From a bacterium (GTDB lineage: Bacteria; UBA8248; JACPRG01; G963555815): a stretch of DNA of 64,000 bases. The notes beneath the pieces are model-generated. The model saw nothing but the letters and a program-made list of their open reading frames with translations. It made no database searches and was not told where the DNA came from. This document shows, one piece after another, positions 11,187-21,444 of this stretch; position 1 is the stretch's first letter; every line of letters begins with the position of its first letter. Location of the stretch: contig CAUVWX020000001.1 of NCBI GenBank assembly GCA_963555815.3, positions 1,120,001-1,184,000 on the forward strand, read 5' to 3'. The translations under genes and the position numbers were made by a program.

Positions 11187-11203
11187 GGCATTTAGTCTGA
11201 GAG

Positions 11204-11701
11204 TTGCATCGAGGGGAATCGGGGTTTCGAACGGTGTGGAAAGGTGAGATCTTGTCCATTCACGTCACGGGGACCAAGGGCTCCCCCATGAAATCCGTGA
11301 GGGAGGTGCGTGCCGTGGCCGGAAAAGGGCTCGAAAGAGATCGCTATTTTCGGGAGACCGGAAAGTACTCAAAATGGCGCGGACCGCACCGCCAGGTGAC
11401 GTTGATCGAGATGGAAGCGCTCGAAGCCGTGAGGCATGACACGAAAATCAATCTCAAACCGAATCAGTGCCGCAGAAACGTCGTCACGCGCGGGGTCCCG
11501 CTCAACCACCTTGTGGACCAGGAGTTCCGTGTGGGAAAGGTGAGGCTGCGAGGGGTTCGCCTGTGCGAGCCCTGCGGCTACCTGGAAAAGCGGACCGGCA
11601 TTCGGGGCGTCCAAAAAGCCCTGGTGCACCGGGGTGGCCTGTGCGCCGAGATCCTTTCAGACGGCCTGATTCGTGTGGGCGACGCAGTCAAAGAGGACTG
11701 A
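11204..11701 (+). CDS. MOSC domain protein
   Basis: RQVTLIE, RRNVVTRG, CEPCGYL, RGGLCAEILSDG. Confidence 0.88.
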   Translation: MHRGESGFRTVWKGEILSIHVTGTKGSPMKSVREVRAVAGKGLERDRYFRETGKYSKWRGPHRQVTLIEMEALEAVRHDTKINLKPNQCRRNVVTRGVPLNHLVDQEFRVGKVRLRGVRLCEPCGYLEKRTGIRGVQKALVHRGGLCAEILSDGLIRVGDAVKED

Positions 11702-11784
11702 AGACTGAAAAATACGCTTTTCGAGCCCCCGAGCAGGCTAATCTGGGACCGCCTATCGCAATGAGCTATCGAAGGGCCCAGCAA

Positions 11785-13240
11785 TCATTCATGCACACTG
11801 TGCACATGGAATTGGCACAAAGTATTCCAAATGGGTGGAGTCGTTGAATCGTCAAAGGAAATAATCCCTTCCAGCGCCCCCAAAACCACCAATCCCGTAT
11901 CCGATTTAAAAAGCGTTTTTATCGTTACTTCTTATTTTTGAAGTATAGCGTAGTTGTTATTGGTTATTTTCAGTGGCTCAATCGGGGGACCAAACGTTGA
12001 AGTCAGGGTGGTAATTATAGCATCGAATTCGGCCCCACATGAGGCTATTGCGGCCGTAAGGGTCGAAGCACCCTTGTAGGATTCGAAACGATCGAATTCA
12101 AAGCGGTACAATTCATCGTCTCGAAAATACTGCTTTCCTTGATATTTTTTTTCAAACAATTCTTTCTGATGTTTGAGGTACATTTCACCCTCTGGTGAAG
12201 CCTCAAGCGTTCCTTTTCCACCAAACGCCTCACGTGCCTCCTCCATCGATTGCCCAATCCTGAACGGGTGGAGAATCTTTCCCAAGCCAGTAAGGTCAAC
12301 GCTAGCCAGCTCGGTAGTGCTCTCTTGGACCCCCCACGATTGGTGCCCCAGGCTCGCTCACGGCATCACCACCTTGATCTTGCCCACCAGCAGCCGATGC
12401 GACCACTTCCGTGAGTATTGGGCTCTTCTTGATGATCAGCCGAATCCTTTTGGCGAAATTGGACATACCGACACCAGGGGCAGTCCCGCCGGCAAAGTGA
12501 AGGCCGATAAAACGGCCATCCTCGTCGGAAAAGACTGGCGCGCCAGAACTTCCCGGCAGCGTATCGCAAAGATGAAGGATGTTATTACCCGAAAGAGCTT
12601 TGGGAGTCCTTGCCCTGCAGCCGCCACGCGTCAAATGTTTCGGCAAACCAGCCGGATGGTGGACAACCAGGAGAGATTCACCTGGTTTGGGATCTCGGAT
12701 GTCCATGGATATGTTTCCGAACTGGGCGGCCGGGTTTCCCTCGACCCTCAGGATGACATAATCCAGCTCTTTGTTTTGTTCCACCGGCGTTACGCTGACG
12801 GCATATCGTTCGGTTCCCTCCGGAGTATCAATTCGGAGGTAGTCCATCAACAGGCTTGCCTGAGTGGGTGGAGAGGAATGAGTGCCGGGTATGCAGTGGA
12901 AATTGGTGATGATGTAATCTTTAGAGACAATGGAAGCGGTGCAGAAAGTCATCCGCCCATTGCCTAAGAGAATATCCAGCCGGCCCACCGGTTTACCCAG
13001 CTTGTGAAATCGAGATGCCTCGTCGTACGTCGAAAGGAGCTCGTAGTTTGGGTTCTCGCCGAGCACCTGTTCCAAATTCAAGTTGACCGAGGATTGGGTT
13101 ATGGTTAGGTTGACGGCGCCAAACTGGCTTCCGTCCAGGTACATCTCCTGGGCGTGAGCGACCGTTCCGAGGGAAAGTTCCAGGGCGGACAGCGCGAAGA
13201 GGCTAAGAAATGATAGTATGGTGGCATGCATTCTGGGCAT
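11785..13240 (-). pseudogene. Secreted trypsin-like serine protease with disrupted C-terminal extension
   Basis: Signal peptide, ITNFHC, LDYVIL, DTLPGSSGAPV triad motifs (13240-12302). Coding continues in the +1 frame across the C6 run (12330-12335) and past an in-frame TAA (11932-11934) to a TGA at 11785. Confidence 0.65.
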
Positions 13241-13435
13241 GGCTATTCTCCTATTTTCCCTCTTGCAACCCGCTTCTGGGGCAAAGAGCAAGCTCGAAAA
13301 TTGGAGCTGAAAACACGCCATTTTACCTCCTCTTTCACTACCATTGTCAACTGGAGACCCCTTGCAGCCTGTCTGAAACACCCGAACCCAGATGATTAAA
13401 CGGTCTTGGGGCCATGAGTGCAAAGGGAGGGAACA

Positions 13436-13921
13436 ATGAGCGAGACACAGATGGACGCCATAACGCAGCGCCTGGAACGCCTGGAACGGGGAAACCGAGG
13501 GTGGAAAGTTCTTGGAAGCGCGGCCGTGGCTATTCTGGGGCTCACCTTCCTCATAGGGGCCGCAGGGGGAAAGGGATCTGAGACCTTCGAAGAGGTCCGG
13601 GCGACGAAATTCGTCGTCGTGGACGAGAATGAGAACCGCTGGGGGGAGCTGACCGTGACTCAGGGCACCCCAGCCCTTAACCTCTTCGATGCGAGCGGGG
13701 AGCGCCGTTTGGTGCTGACTGTGGACTCGGGGAGACCGGCCTTCGGCCTCCTGGACGCAAACGGGAACACCCTCGTGGCGATATCTATTGCCCCGGAGAT
13801 ACAGGGCCTCGCAATCGCCGATAAGAACGGGAGACCCCGTTTGGCGATGGGCGTGAAACGGGCCGGACCGGGCATCACCTTCTTCGACGCGAACGCGGCG
13901 CCCGTCTGGAGCGCACCATAG
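13436..13921 (+). CDS. Membrane-anchored protein with N-terminal coiled coil, TM helix and ~22-aa beta repeats
   Basis: GGAGG RBS; ITQRLERLERGNR; hydrophobic helix; repeated hxhhDxxGxxR units. Confidence 0.75.
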   Translation: MSETQMDAITQRLERLERGNRGWKVLGSAAVAILGLTFLIGAAGGKGSETFEEVRATKFVVVDENENRWGELTVTQGTPALNLFDASGERRLVLTVDSGRPAFGLLDANGNTLVAISIAPEIQGLAIADKNGRPRLAMGVKRAGPGITFFDANAAPVWSAP

Positions 13922-13959
13922 GCGAGACGAGGACAAGCCAAAACAAGAGGGGGTTTGTT

Positions 13960-14634
13960 ATGACACGCAATTGGAATTGGTCAATGCTTGTGGCGGTGGC
14001 CGTGTTAGCGACAGGCGCACCGTTTGGCATTTCGTATGCTCAGAGTGTCAGCAAAGAAGCGCGTCTTTATCAGAAACACATGGAGACCCACCCCTCGCAG
14101 GGTGAGGTCAGAACAGTTGAGGGCACAGAGGCAGTGTTGCTGACCACAGACGAGGGGGCGTTCGTGAGTGTTTCAACCCGCGATCTGATACCCGGGAACG
14201 CTTACACCATGTGGTTTGTTGCAATTAATAACCCGGCGGCGTGCGAGACATCGCCTTGCAAGGGGCCCGACGTAGTGAAGCGCACAGCGCTCACCGATTC
14301 CGACGTCGGCTATGCCGACGGCTTGGTTGCCAGGGGGGATGGAACGGGTCGCTTCGCGGCGTATGTGCCCGTCGGTGAGGTTCGGCGGGCCTGGTTCGGC
14401 AACGGGTACAAAAATGCTCAAGGGGCTGAAATCCACCTCGTTATCAATCACCACGGACCGCTCCTGCCGGGCATGATGGACACGATGCTGGGGTCATACC
14501 GCGGTGGGTGTGCTTCTGAGGGCCTGCCAGAAGCGTTCCCGGATACTGCCCTGACGGACGGCCAGCCCGGGCCAAACGCGTGCCACCTTGTCCAGGATGT
14601 GATCTTTATGCAAGACGGGTCGAGCACCAACTGA
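13960..14634 (+). CDS. Secreted hypothetical protein
   Basis: GAGGGG RBS, signal peptide ending SYA-Q, four Cys, EIHLVINHHG. Confidence 0.75.
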   Translation: MTRNWNWSMLVAVAVLATGAPFGISYAQSVSKEARLYQKHMETHPSQGEVRTVEGTEAVLLTTDEGAFVSVSTRDLIPGNAYTMWFVAINNPAACETSPCKGPDVVKRTALTDSDVGYADGLVARGDGTGRFAAYVPVGEVRRAWFGNGYKNAQGAEIHLVINHHGPLLPGMMDTMLGSYRGGCASEGLPEAFPDTALTDGQPGPNACHLVQDVIFMQDGSSTN

Positions 14635-14651
14635 GGAATATTTGCTCTTTT

Positions 14652-14991
14652 CTAAAAACCGTCCAGTCCCTGAGTGAGTTCGCTCATGAGTCCTCTGATG
14701 AACCCGAATGAGTTTGCCCCAACGAACCAACCCACGGCCAGCTTTGCCAAAATCGACCACAAACGCCTACCTGTGTGCCTGGACGCGCTCCTCCAAATTG
14801 CGACAAGAATGAACGCAAAATATGCGGCATAGCTCAGGAAGAAGATAGGAAACGAACTCGATCCGCTATCTACCGATCGCACTAAAAAAGCGCTCCCAAA
14901 AAGTGCGACGGGCAGACCGTAAATCCAAAATGTGATTGCCAGAGGAACCTTACCGCTCCAAAGGTTCTTTATGTGTCGTATGGCTTTTCAT
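14652..14991 (-). pseudogene. Small membrane protein with a +1 frameshift right after the ATG
   Basis: The frame KAIRHIKNLWSGKVPLAITFWIYG...IWRSA...WSILAK is open up to the A4 run after the ATG at 14991; removing one A restores MKAIRH... Confidence 0.6.
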
Positions 14992-15189
14992 TCTTCCCCC
15001 GACCAGGTGGCCACGCCCCCTGAACCACCTCAGCATGTCGCCTCCAATCGGCCGTTTAGAGTGGACAATTTAACACATAAATCCCCTGTGCAGAGCGTGA
15101 CATATATCCGCCTTGAAGAATAAAGGGCGGTGGAAGGTGCCACGGAAGAAGCGGAGAGACACCGGACAGAAGAAATGCAACCAGCAACG

Positions 15190-15222
15190 AAAAAGGGGTC
15201 ACGGCATGAGCCGCAACCCCTT
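15190..15222 (-). terminator. Rho-independent terminator-like hairpin after tRNA
   Basis: On the minus strand AAGGGGTTGCGGC-TCAT-GCCGTGACCCCTT followed by a T run. Confidence 0.7.
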
Positions 15223-15230
15223 GAAATATT

Positions 15231-15307
<77 letters not shown>

Positions 15308-15317
15308 ACGCGACGTA

Positions 15318-15346
15318 TGTTTAGGAGATTTTCAGCCCCCTGTCAA
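15318..15346 (-). promoter_or_regulatory. Sigma70-like promoter for tRNA
   Basis: TTGACA-17 nt-TAAACA; the -35 overlaps the ftsB stop codon. Confidence 0.5.
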
Positions 15347-15732
15347 GGTCCGTCGTCCTCTTCCTCCTCGATAAATTCATAGACCGTCTCTCCGGGCTTG
15401 ACGAGTCCGAGCTCCTCCCGGGCGATCCGCTCGAGCGTCCTCGGGTCCCCTTGAAGGGTTTCAATCTCCCCTCTCAGTTCCGCGTTCTCTTCTCCAAGCG
15501 CGGATATCTCATCCTTGGCCGCCTGTACCCGCTCCGAGAGCTGGTAGACCTCCAGGACCCCCCCGGGGCGAAAGAGGGCAATGGCGAGGACGGTGGAAGA
15601 GAGAAAAAAGGCGAGGAGAAGCGCCCAACGCCCACCTCTCAGTGTCTCGGGGCGGAGAAAAAACCTCCTCGACACTCCGGCCCGACCCCTCTTTCTCCTT
15701 TTCCTTCTACTTATCGACCTGGTGCGGCTCAA
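15343..15732 (-). CDS. ftsB: Septum formation initiator (FtsB/DivIC)
   Basis: Basic N-terminus, TM helix, coiled coil, ERIAREELGLVKPGE. Confidence 0.9.
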   Translation of the reverse strand: MSRTRSISRRKRRKRGRAGVSRRFFLRPETLRGGRWALLLAFFLSSTVLAIALFRPGGVLEVYQLSERVQAAKDEISALGEENAELRGEIETLQGDPRTLERIAREELGLVKPGETVYEFIEEEEDDGP

Positions 15733-15780
15733 AAGGGTTCTCCCTTCACCTAGTCTTTTCTCGTCCTCCTTGAGGACGAC

Positions 15781-17064
15781 TCACTGCAGGGATTTTAGGG
15801 TGGTGCGGGCCGCAAGTCCAGTGCGGGCGATATCATCCTGGGTGTGGGCCGTTGAGATGAAGCCCGACTCAAACTGAGAAGGGGACAGATTGATGCCTTG
15901 TTCCAGCATGGCGTGAAAGTATCTGGCATATCGTTCAGTGTCCGACCGCTGGGCCGAGGCAAGATCTCGGACAGGCCCCTCAGTGAAAAAGCAGCAGAAC
16001 ATGGACCCCACCCGGTTCACTGTGGCCGGAATCCCCGTTTCCTCGGCGGCCTTGCCCCATTCCCCCTCCAGCTGGGCCCCCAGGTTCTCTAACTGGTCGT
16101 ACCAGTCCTTCCCCTTGAGGGTTTCCAGGGTGGCGACTCCGGCGGCCACGGCAATGGGGTTACCTGAAAGGGTCCCGCCCTGGTAGACAGGGCCCAGGGG
16201 GGCCACTTGCTGCATGATGTCCCGCCTTCCCCCGTAGGCCCCTATGGGCAGACCCCCCCCGATGATCTTCCCAAGACAGGTGAGGTCTGGCTGGACACCG
16301 TAGAGGGCCTGGGCGCCGCCGTGGGCCACGCGAAAGCCGGTGATGACCTCATCAAAGAGGAGGAGGGCACCTGACTGGGTGGTGAGCCGCCGAAGGGCCG
16401 GAATAAAGTCGGGCGCCGGGGGGATGACGCCGCAATTTCCAGCCACAGGCTCCACAATGACCGCGGCAATTTCTTCCCCCCGCGCCTTCATCAGGGTCTC
16501 CAGAGCCCCGACGTCATTGAAGGGGATCGTCAGCGTCTGGGTGGCAGTGGCGGCGGGGACGCCGGCGCTGTCGGGGACGCCCAGTGTAAGGGGCCCTGAT
16601 CCTGCCTTTGTCAAAACGCCGTCGGCGTGGCCGTGGTAGCACCCCTCGAACTTGACGATGAAGTCCCGGCCCGTGAATCCCCGGGCGAGGCGAAGAGCGC
16701 TCATTGCGGCCTCCGTCCCCGAGTTCACCAGGCGGATCAGCTCCAAAGAGGGAAAGGCTTCTTGGATGAGTCGGGCGAAGCGGATCTCTAATTCCGTTGG
16801 GGCGCCGTAGCTCGTCCCCCGCTCGGCCGTCTCCCGGATGGCCGCCACGACCTCAGGGGCGGCATGACCCAGGATGAGAGGGCCCCAGGAGCCGAGATAG
16901 TCGATGTATTCTTTCCCGTCGACGTCCCAGACCCGCGAGCCCTTGGCCCGGGACACGAAGCGTGGATAGCCCCCGACGGCCTTAAAAGAGCGAGCCGGAC
17001 TGTTGACACCACCGACCATGAGGCCCTGGGCCTCCTTAAAAAGCTTCTCAGAGCGGGTCGACAT
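15781..17064 (-). CDS. hemL: Glutamate-1-semialdehyde 2,1-aminomutase
   Basis: GGVNSPAR, SWGPLILGH, NSGTEA, FDEVITGFR, LGKIIGGG. Confidence 0.97.
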   Translation of the reverse strand: MSTRSEKLFKEAQGLMVGGVNSPARSFKAVGGYPRFVSRAKGSRVWDVDGKEYIDYLGSWGPLILGHAAPEVVAAIRETAERGTSYGAPTELEIRFARLIQEAFPSLELIRLVNSGTEAAMSALRLARGFTGRDFIVKFEGCYHGHADGVLTKAGSGPLTLGVPDSAGVPAATATQTLTIPFNDVGALETLMKARGEEIAAVIVEPVAGNCGVIPPAPDFIPALRRLTTQSGALLLFDEVITGFRVAHGGAQALYGVQPDLTCLGKIIGGGLPIGAYGGRRDIMQQVAPLGPVYQGGTLSGNPIAVAAGVATLETLKGKDWYDQLENLGAQLEGEWGKAAEETGIPATVNRVGSMFCCFFTEGPVRDLASAQRSDTERYARYFHAMLEQGINLSPSQFESGFISTAHTQDDIARTGLAARTTLKSLQ

Positions 17065-17926
17065 ATTTTCCAACGAGGAGCCGAAGGCGTTCCCTGGCCT
17101 CTTTGGAGATCGCCTCGGGGGCGGTCAGGAGGGCCCCCTCAAGGGCGTGCTGGCAGTGGCATCCCGCTACCTGGGGGATTTTGGAGACAATTCGGCGGAT
17201 GATCTCTCGGGCCATCTCGACATTTTTTTTCAAGACGGCGATGACGGCCCCCGTCGTGACGGACTCCTCCGTCTCATGCCAGCAGTCGTAGTCCGTGGCC
17301 AAGGCGAGGGTGCCGTAGCAGATCTCGGCCTCCCTGGCCAGTTTGGCCTCGGGCAGGTTTGTCATGCCGATGACGCTGACCCCCCAGGATCGGTAGATGT
17401 GAGACTCGGCGCGAGTCGAGAACTGAGGCCCCTCGATGCAGAGGTAAGTCCCCCCGGTGTGGACAGTGGCCCCCGCCTCCCGTCCGGCCTCGGCAAAGAT
17501 GGGGTGGAGCTCGGGGCAGGTGGGGTCCGCCAGGGCCACGTGAGCGACAAGACCATCTCCGAAAAAGGTGGAGATCCGCCGGGAGGTCCGGTCAAAGAAC
17601 TGGTCGGGGACGACAATGTGGCCAGGGGCGATGGACTCCTGCATGCTCCCCACGGCGCTCACGGAGAGAATCCGCTCAACGCCGAGGAGCTTCATCCCGT
17701 AAATGTTGGCCCGGAAGTTGATCTCGCTCGGGATGATGCGGTGGCCCGAGCCGTGACGGGCGAGGAAGGCCATGGGCTGGCCTGAGAGGGTTCCCAGGAG
17801 GTAGCGGTCTGAGGGGGCCCCAAAGGGGGTGTCGAGGGAAACCTCCTCTACCCCCTGAAGCTCGGGCATCTCGTAGAGACCGCTGCCCCCAATGACGCCG
17901 ATGCGTGCTTTCCCGCGGTTTTCCAG
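17048..17926 (-). CDS. mtnP: S-methyl-5'-thioadenosine phosphorylase (probable CTG start)
   Basis: IGVIGGSGLY upstream of the ORF-track ATG, ARHG, EGPQFSTRAES, GMTNLPEAKLARE, TDYDCW. Confidence 0.93.
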   Translation of the reverse strand: MENRGKARIGVIGGSGLYEMPELQGVEEVSLDTPFGAPSDRYLLGTLSGQPMAFLARHGSGHRIIPSEINFRANIYGMKLLGVERILSVSAVGSMQESIAPGHIVVPDQFFDRTSRRISTFFGDGLVAHVALADPTCPELHPIFAEAGREAGATVHTGGTYLCIEGPQFSTRAESHIYRSWGVSVIGMTNLPEAKLAREAEICYGTLALATDYDCWHETEESVTTGAVIAVLKKNVEMAREIIRRIVSKIPQVAGCHCQHALEGALLTAPEAISKEARERLRLLVGKYVDPL

Positions 17927-17931
17927 AAGGG

Positions 17932-18177
17932 TTATTCCTCCAGGCCTTCCCGGAATTGTTCCCAGAGGCGTTGAAAGCGGCTCTCGTAGATCATCTCAAA
18001 GAGCCGAACCTTTTCCGGAAAGAACCGTTCGCACTCATCCCGCACTTCCTGTGCCGCAATGTCAACGTCAATGCGGGGGAGATCAGAGGTGAGGATGAGG
18101 CCACAGACGTGGTCGGCCATCCGGCTGAGCTGGTGAGCCTGCTCGCGCTCGATTCGAAATTTCTCTCCATTGCTCAT
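17932..18177 (-). CDS. Small hypothetical protein
   Basis: 81 aa, AAGGTAG RBS, in operon orientation, FPEKVRLFEMIYESRFQRL. Confidence 0.75.
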   Translation of the reverse strand: MSNGEKFRIEREQAHQLSRMADHVCGLILTSDLPRIDVDIAAQEVRDECERFFPEKVRLFEMIYESRFQRLWEQFREGLEE

Positions 18178-18246
18178 TTTTCTACCTTCGAGAAAGACGC
18201 CCCATTTTATGCGGCGGGCTTCGCCCTCGCAAGGGGCGCAGCCCCC

Positions 18247-18771
18247 TTAAGGCCGCACCCCGTCCAGGAATCTCCGGGAGGGGCGGAGGATCACAGAGAA
18301 GACTTGGCCTGTCAGTCCGGGGCGCAACTCGTACCGGAGATGGCTGTCGACAGTCATGAGATACCCCAGGGTGGAGCCGCGCCGGATCACGGGGCGAAGA
18401 CTCCACATCTCAAATTCGGGGGCGAATTGAAGCGGGACGCCCCCAAACTCCTCACCCGGGATATCGGCGATTCGTCTCACAAGCCCGTCCCGCTCCAGCT
18501 CGCCCAGGGATTCGGTCCGAAAGACCAGATCAGACAGGGGGAGCAAGGAAAGGGTTCCTTTCCCTATTGGATCCAGGACCACCGCCAGGGGATGGGCCTG
18601 CTCACTGGCCCGGGCATAAATCAAGGTGGCCATGTAGGGGCCTGCTTCCAGGGAGGAGAGAAGGCGCACGAGCTCATCGGGCGGGGCGAGGGGCGCGCAG
18701 GCCGAAAGCCCTCCGGCAAAGAGGGTCAAAAGCCACATCCGTCGAAAACGACTCCAAAGACCCATCGCCAT
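18247..18771 (-). CDS. Putative lipoprotein
   Basis: AAGGAGGAG RBS, lipobox LSAC. Confidence 0.75.
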   Translation of the reverse strand: MAMGLWSRFRRMWLLTLFAGGLSACAPLAPPDELVRLLSSLEAGPYMATLIYARASEQAHPLAVVLDPIGKGTLSLLPLSDLVFRTESLGELERDGLVRRIADIPGEEFGGVPLQFAPEFEMWSLRPVIRRGSTLGYLMTVDSHLRYELRPGLTGQVFSVILRPSRRFLDGVRP

Positions 18772-18779
18772 CTCCTCCT

Positions 18780-19196
18780 TTATCCCTCACCGATGATCTT
18801 GATAACCACTCGCTTTCGCCGCTGACCGTCAAATTCCCCATAGTAGATTTGCTGCCAGGGACCAAGGTCCAACTTGCCCTTCGTGACAGGGAGCAGGACT
18901 TGGTGATGCAGGAGGAGGTTTTTCAGGTGAGCGTCGCCGTTTGTCTCCCCGGTCCCATGGTGGCGGTAATCCGGCCCTTCGGGGGCCAGCTTCTGAAGCC
19001 ACTCGTCGATGTCGTCGATGAGGCCGGACTCGGCATCGTTGACATAGACGCTGGCGGTGATGTGCATGGCGGAAACCAGGGCCAGGCCCTCCTGTATCTT
19101 GCTCTTCTTGAGGGCCTCTTCTACGTCCTCGGTGATGTTGATGTACTCGCGGTGCCCTTGGGTGTTAAACGAGAGATATTCCGTGTGAGATCTCAT
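18780..19196 (-). CDS. yjbQ: YjbQ family (secondary thiamine-phosphate synthase-like) protein
   Basis: [32 protein letters not shown]. Confidence 0.92.
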   Translation of the reverse strand: MRSHTEYLSFNTQGHREYINITEDVEEALKKSKIQEGLALVSAMHITASVYVNDAESGLIDDIDEWLQKLAPEGPDYRHHGTGETNGDAHLKNLLLHHQVLLPVTKGKLDLGPWQQIYYGEFDGQRRKRVVIKIIGEG

Positions 19197-19247
19197 CCCG
19201 GGCCTCCCCACAAATAAAAACCAGCGCGCTCTCAGGCTGAAAAGGAC

Positions 19248-20285
19248 TCACCGCCCCCGGGCGGGGACACGCAGGAGGTTTTTCTCTACAAGAACCTCTG
19301 CGATCTGGACGGCGTTTAGGGCGGCCCCCTTGCGCAAGTTATCAGCCACGATCCACAGGTTCAGGCCGTTTTCGACGCTGGCGTCCTCCCGGATCCGGCC
19401 CACATAGGTTTCGTCCTTTCCCGCCACATCTCGGGCGAGGGGGTAGACGCCATGCTGGGGGGAATCATAGACGACGAGCCCCGGCGCCTCGGAGAGGATC
19501 GCCCGGGCATCATTGGCCGTGAGAGGTCTCTCCGTTTCAATGTTGACGGATTCGGAGTGACAGTGAAAGACCGGGACTCGAACTGTCGTCGCACTGACCC
19601 CCATCTCAGGCTCTCCCAGGATCTTTTGGGTCTCCTGGACGATCTTGGTCTCCTCATCACAGGACCCATCTTCCAGGAAGTCCCCGATGTGGGGCAGGCA
19701 ATTGAAGGCGATCTCGTGGGGGTAAACCTGACACTCAGCCTTCTGGAGGGTGAGGAGGTCTCGGACCTGCTGCGAGAGCTCCTCCATGGCCTGTTTCCCT
19801 GTCCCCGAGACAGACTGGTAGGTCGAGACCACCACACGCCGGATGCGAGCGGCGTCGTGCAGAGGTTTTAGGACCACGACCATCTGGGTTGTGGAGCAGT
19901 TGGGGTTCGCGATGAGTCCTTTATGGGCCTCCAGGGCCTGCGAGTTCACCTCCGGGACCACCAGGGGGACGTGAGGGGCCATCCGAAAGGCGCTCGTGTT
20001 ATCGACCACGACGGCCCCCGCCTTGATGGCAGCCGGGGCAAATTCCTGACTTCGCGGGGAACCGGCGGAAAAGAAGGCCAGGTCTATTCCCTCAAAGCTA
20101 TTCTTCTGGAGTCGACTGCTTCGGTAGTCCTGGTTCCGGAAGGTGAGGGCGGTTCCCGCAGAGCGATCCGAGGACAGGAGTCGAAGCTCCGCCACCGGAA
20201 ACTTTCGCTCCTCCAAGACCCGAAGGATCTCGTTTCCAACGGCCCCCGTGGCACCCACGACGGCCACGTTTAGGAGGTCCCCCAT
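19248..20285 (-). CDS. asd: Aspartate-semialdehyde dehydrogenase
   Basis: VGATGAVG, ANPNCST, DNLRKGAALNAVQI. Confidence 0.97.
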   Translation of the reverse strand: MGDLLNVAVVGATGAVGNEILRVLEERKFPVAELRLLSSDRSAGTALTFRNQDYRSSRLQKNSFEGIDLAFFSAGSPRSQEFAPAAIKAGAVVVDNTSAFRMAPHVPLVVPEVNSQALEAHKGLIANPNCSTTQMVVVLKPLHDAARIRRVVVSTYQSVSGTGKQAMEELSQQVRDLLTLQKAECQVYPHEIAFNCLPHIGDFLEDGSCDEETKIVQETQKILGEPEMGVSATTVRVPVFHCHSESVNIETERPLTANDARAILSEAPGLVVYDSPQHGVYPLARDVAGKDETYVGRIREDASVENGLNLWIVADNLRKGAALNAVQIAEVLVEKNLLRVPARGR

Positions 20286-20287
20286 GA

Positions 20288-21442
20288 TCAGGTTCCCTCC
20301 CGGACGGCTTGGGCGATAAGACTGCTCATCTCTCGAGTGCCAAGGGCCTGAGTTCCCGGGGAGGCGATGTCAGCCGTTCGGCCCCCCTTCTCCAAAACCT
20401 GCACAACGGCCCTCTCCACCGCTTGGGCCCCCTCCCGTTGCCCCAGGGCGAATTCCAGCATCATCCCGGTGGAGAGGATGGTGGCGATAGGGTTGGCGAC
20501 ATTGCGGCCCGCGATCTCGGGGGCAGTGCCGTGGACCGGCTCAAAGAGCCCTCTTGGGCCTGCGTCTCCCCGGGGTCCGAGGCTGGCCGAGGGGAGCATC
20601 CCTATGGAGCCCGTCAGCATGGCCGCCTCATCGCTCAGGATATCCCCGAAGAGGTTTCCCGTCAGCAAGACATCAAATTGCCTGGGGTCCCGGATGAGCT
20701 GCATGGCGCAATTATCCACGTACATGTGCTCGATTTCGACCTCGGGAAACTCCGTGCTCACTCCGGACACCACTTCTCGCCACAGTTGCCCGCTCTCCAA
20801 GACGTTGGCCTTGTCGACAGAGGTGACCTTCCTGCGGCGCCCTTGGGCCAGCTCAAAGGCCATGCGGGTGACCCGCTCGATCTCGGAGGTGGTATAGGTG
20901 AGGGTGTTGATGGCCCGGTGGCCCTTGCCCTCTTTTTTGATGCCCTTCGGAGTTCCAAAGTAGAGGCCGCCTGTGAGCTCCCGAAGGACCAGGAGGTCGA
21001 GACCGCGGACGACCTCGGCCCGAAGGGAAGAGGCGCCGATCAAGGGCTCATAGAGGCGGGCCGGGCGGAGATTGGCAAAGAGACCGAGCCGACCCCTCAG
21101 GGGGAGCAGTGCCCCTATCTCTGGTCTCTCTTCCGGCTTGAGGCTGTCCCATTTCGGCCCCCCGACCGCCCCCAGGAGAATCGCATCGCTGCGTTGGCAA
21201 AGGTCGAAGGTCTCCTGTGGCAGGGGGGTTCCTGCGGCGTCAATGGCCGCGCCCCCCACCAGGGCTTCCTGAACGTCAAATCGAAGGCCAAACCGCTCTT
21301 CGACGGCCCGAAGGACCTCCACGGCGCCTGCGGTCACCTCGGGCCCGATCCCGTCTCCGGGTAAAAGGACGATCTGGTAAGCTTGGGCCCTCACGCCGGC
21401 CTCCCGAGAAGTGGCTTTTTTGACTCCGGCCTCGGCAGACAT
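20288..21442 (-). CDS. leuB: 3-isopropylmalate dehydrogenase
   Basis: [41 protein letters not shown]. Confidence 0.97.
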   Translation of the reverse strand: MSAEAGVKKATSREAGVRAQAYQIVLLPGDGIGPEVTAGAVEVLRAVEERFGLRFDVQEALVGGAAIDAAGTPLPQETFDLCQRSDAILLGAVGGPKWDSLKPEERPEIGALLPLRGRLGLFANLRPARLYEPLIGASSLRAEVVRGLDLLVLRELTGGLYFGTPKGIKKEGKGHRAINTLTYTTSEIERVTRMAFELAQGRRRKVTSVDKANVLESGQLWREVVSGVSTEFPEVEIEHMYVDNCAMQLIRDPRQFDVLLTGNLFGDILSDEAAMLTGSIGMLPSASLGPRGDAGPRGLFEPVHGTAPEIAGRNVANPIATILSTGMMLEFALGQREGAQAVERAVVQVLEKGGRTADIASPGTQALGTREMSSLIAQAVREGT

Positions 21443-21444
21443 CT

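Noticed and set aside
13241..13936. N-terminal 230 aa of the 544-aa ORF 12302-13936
   Set aside because: Antisense to the 13436-13921 gene; the real start is at the signal peptide (13240).
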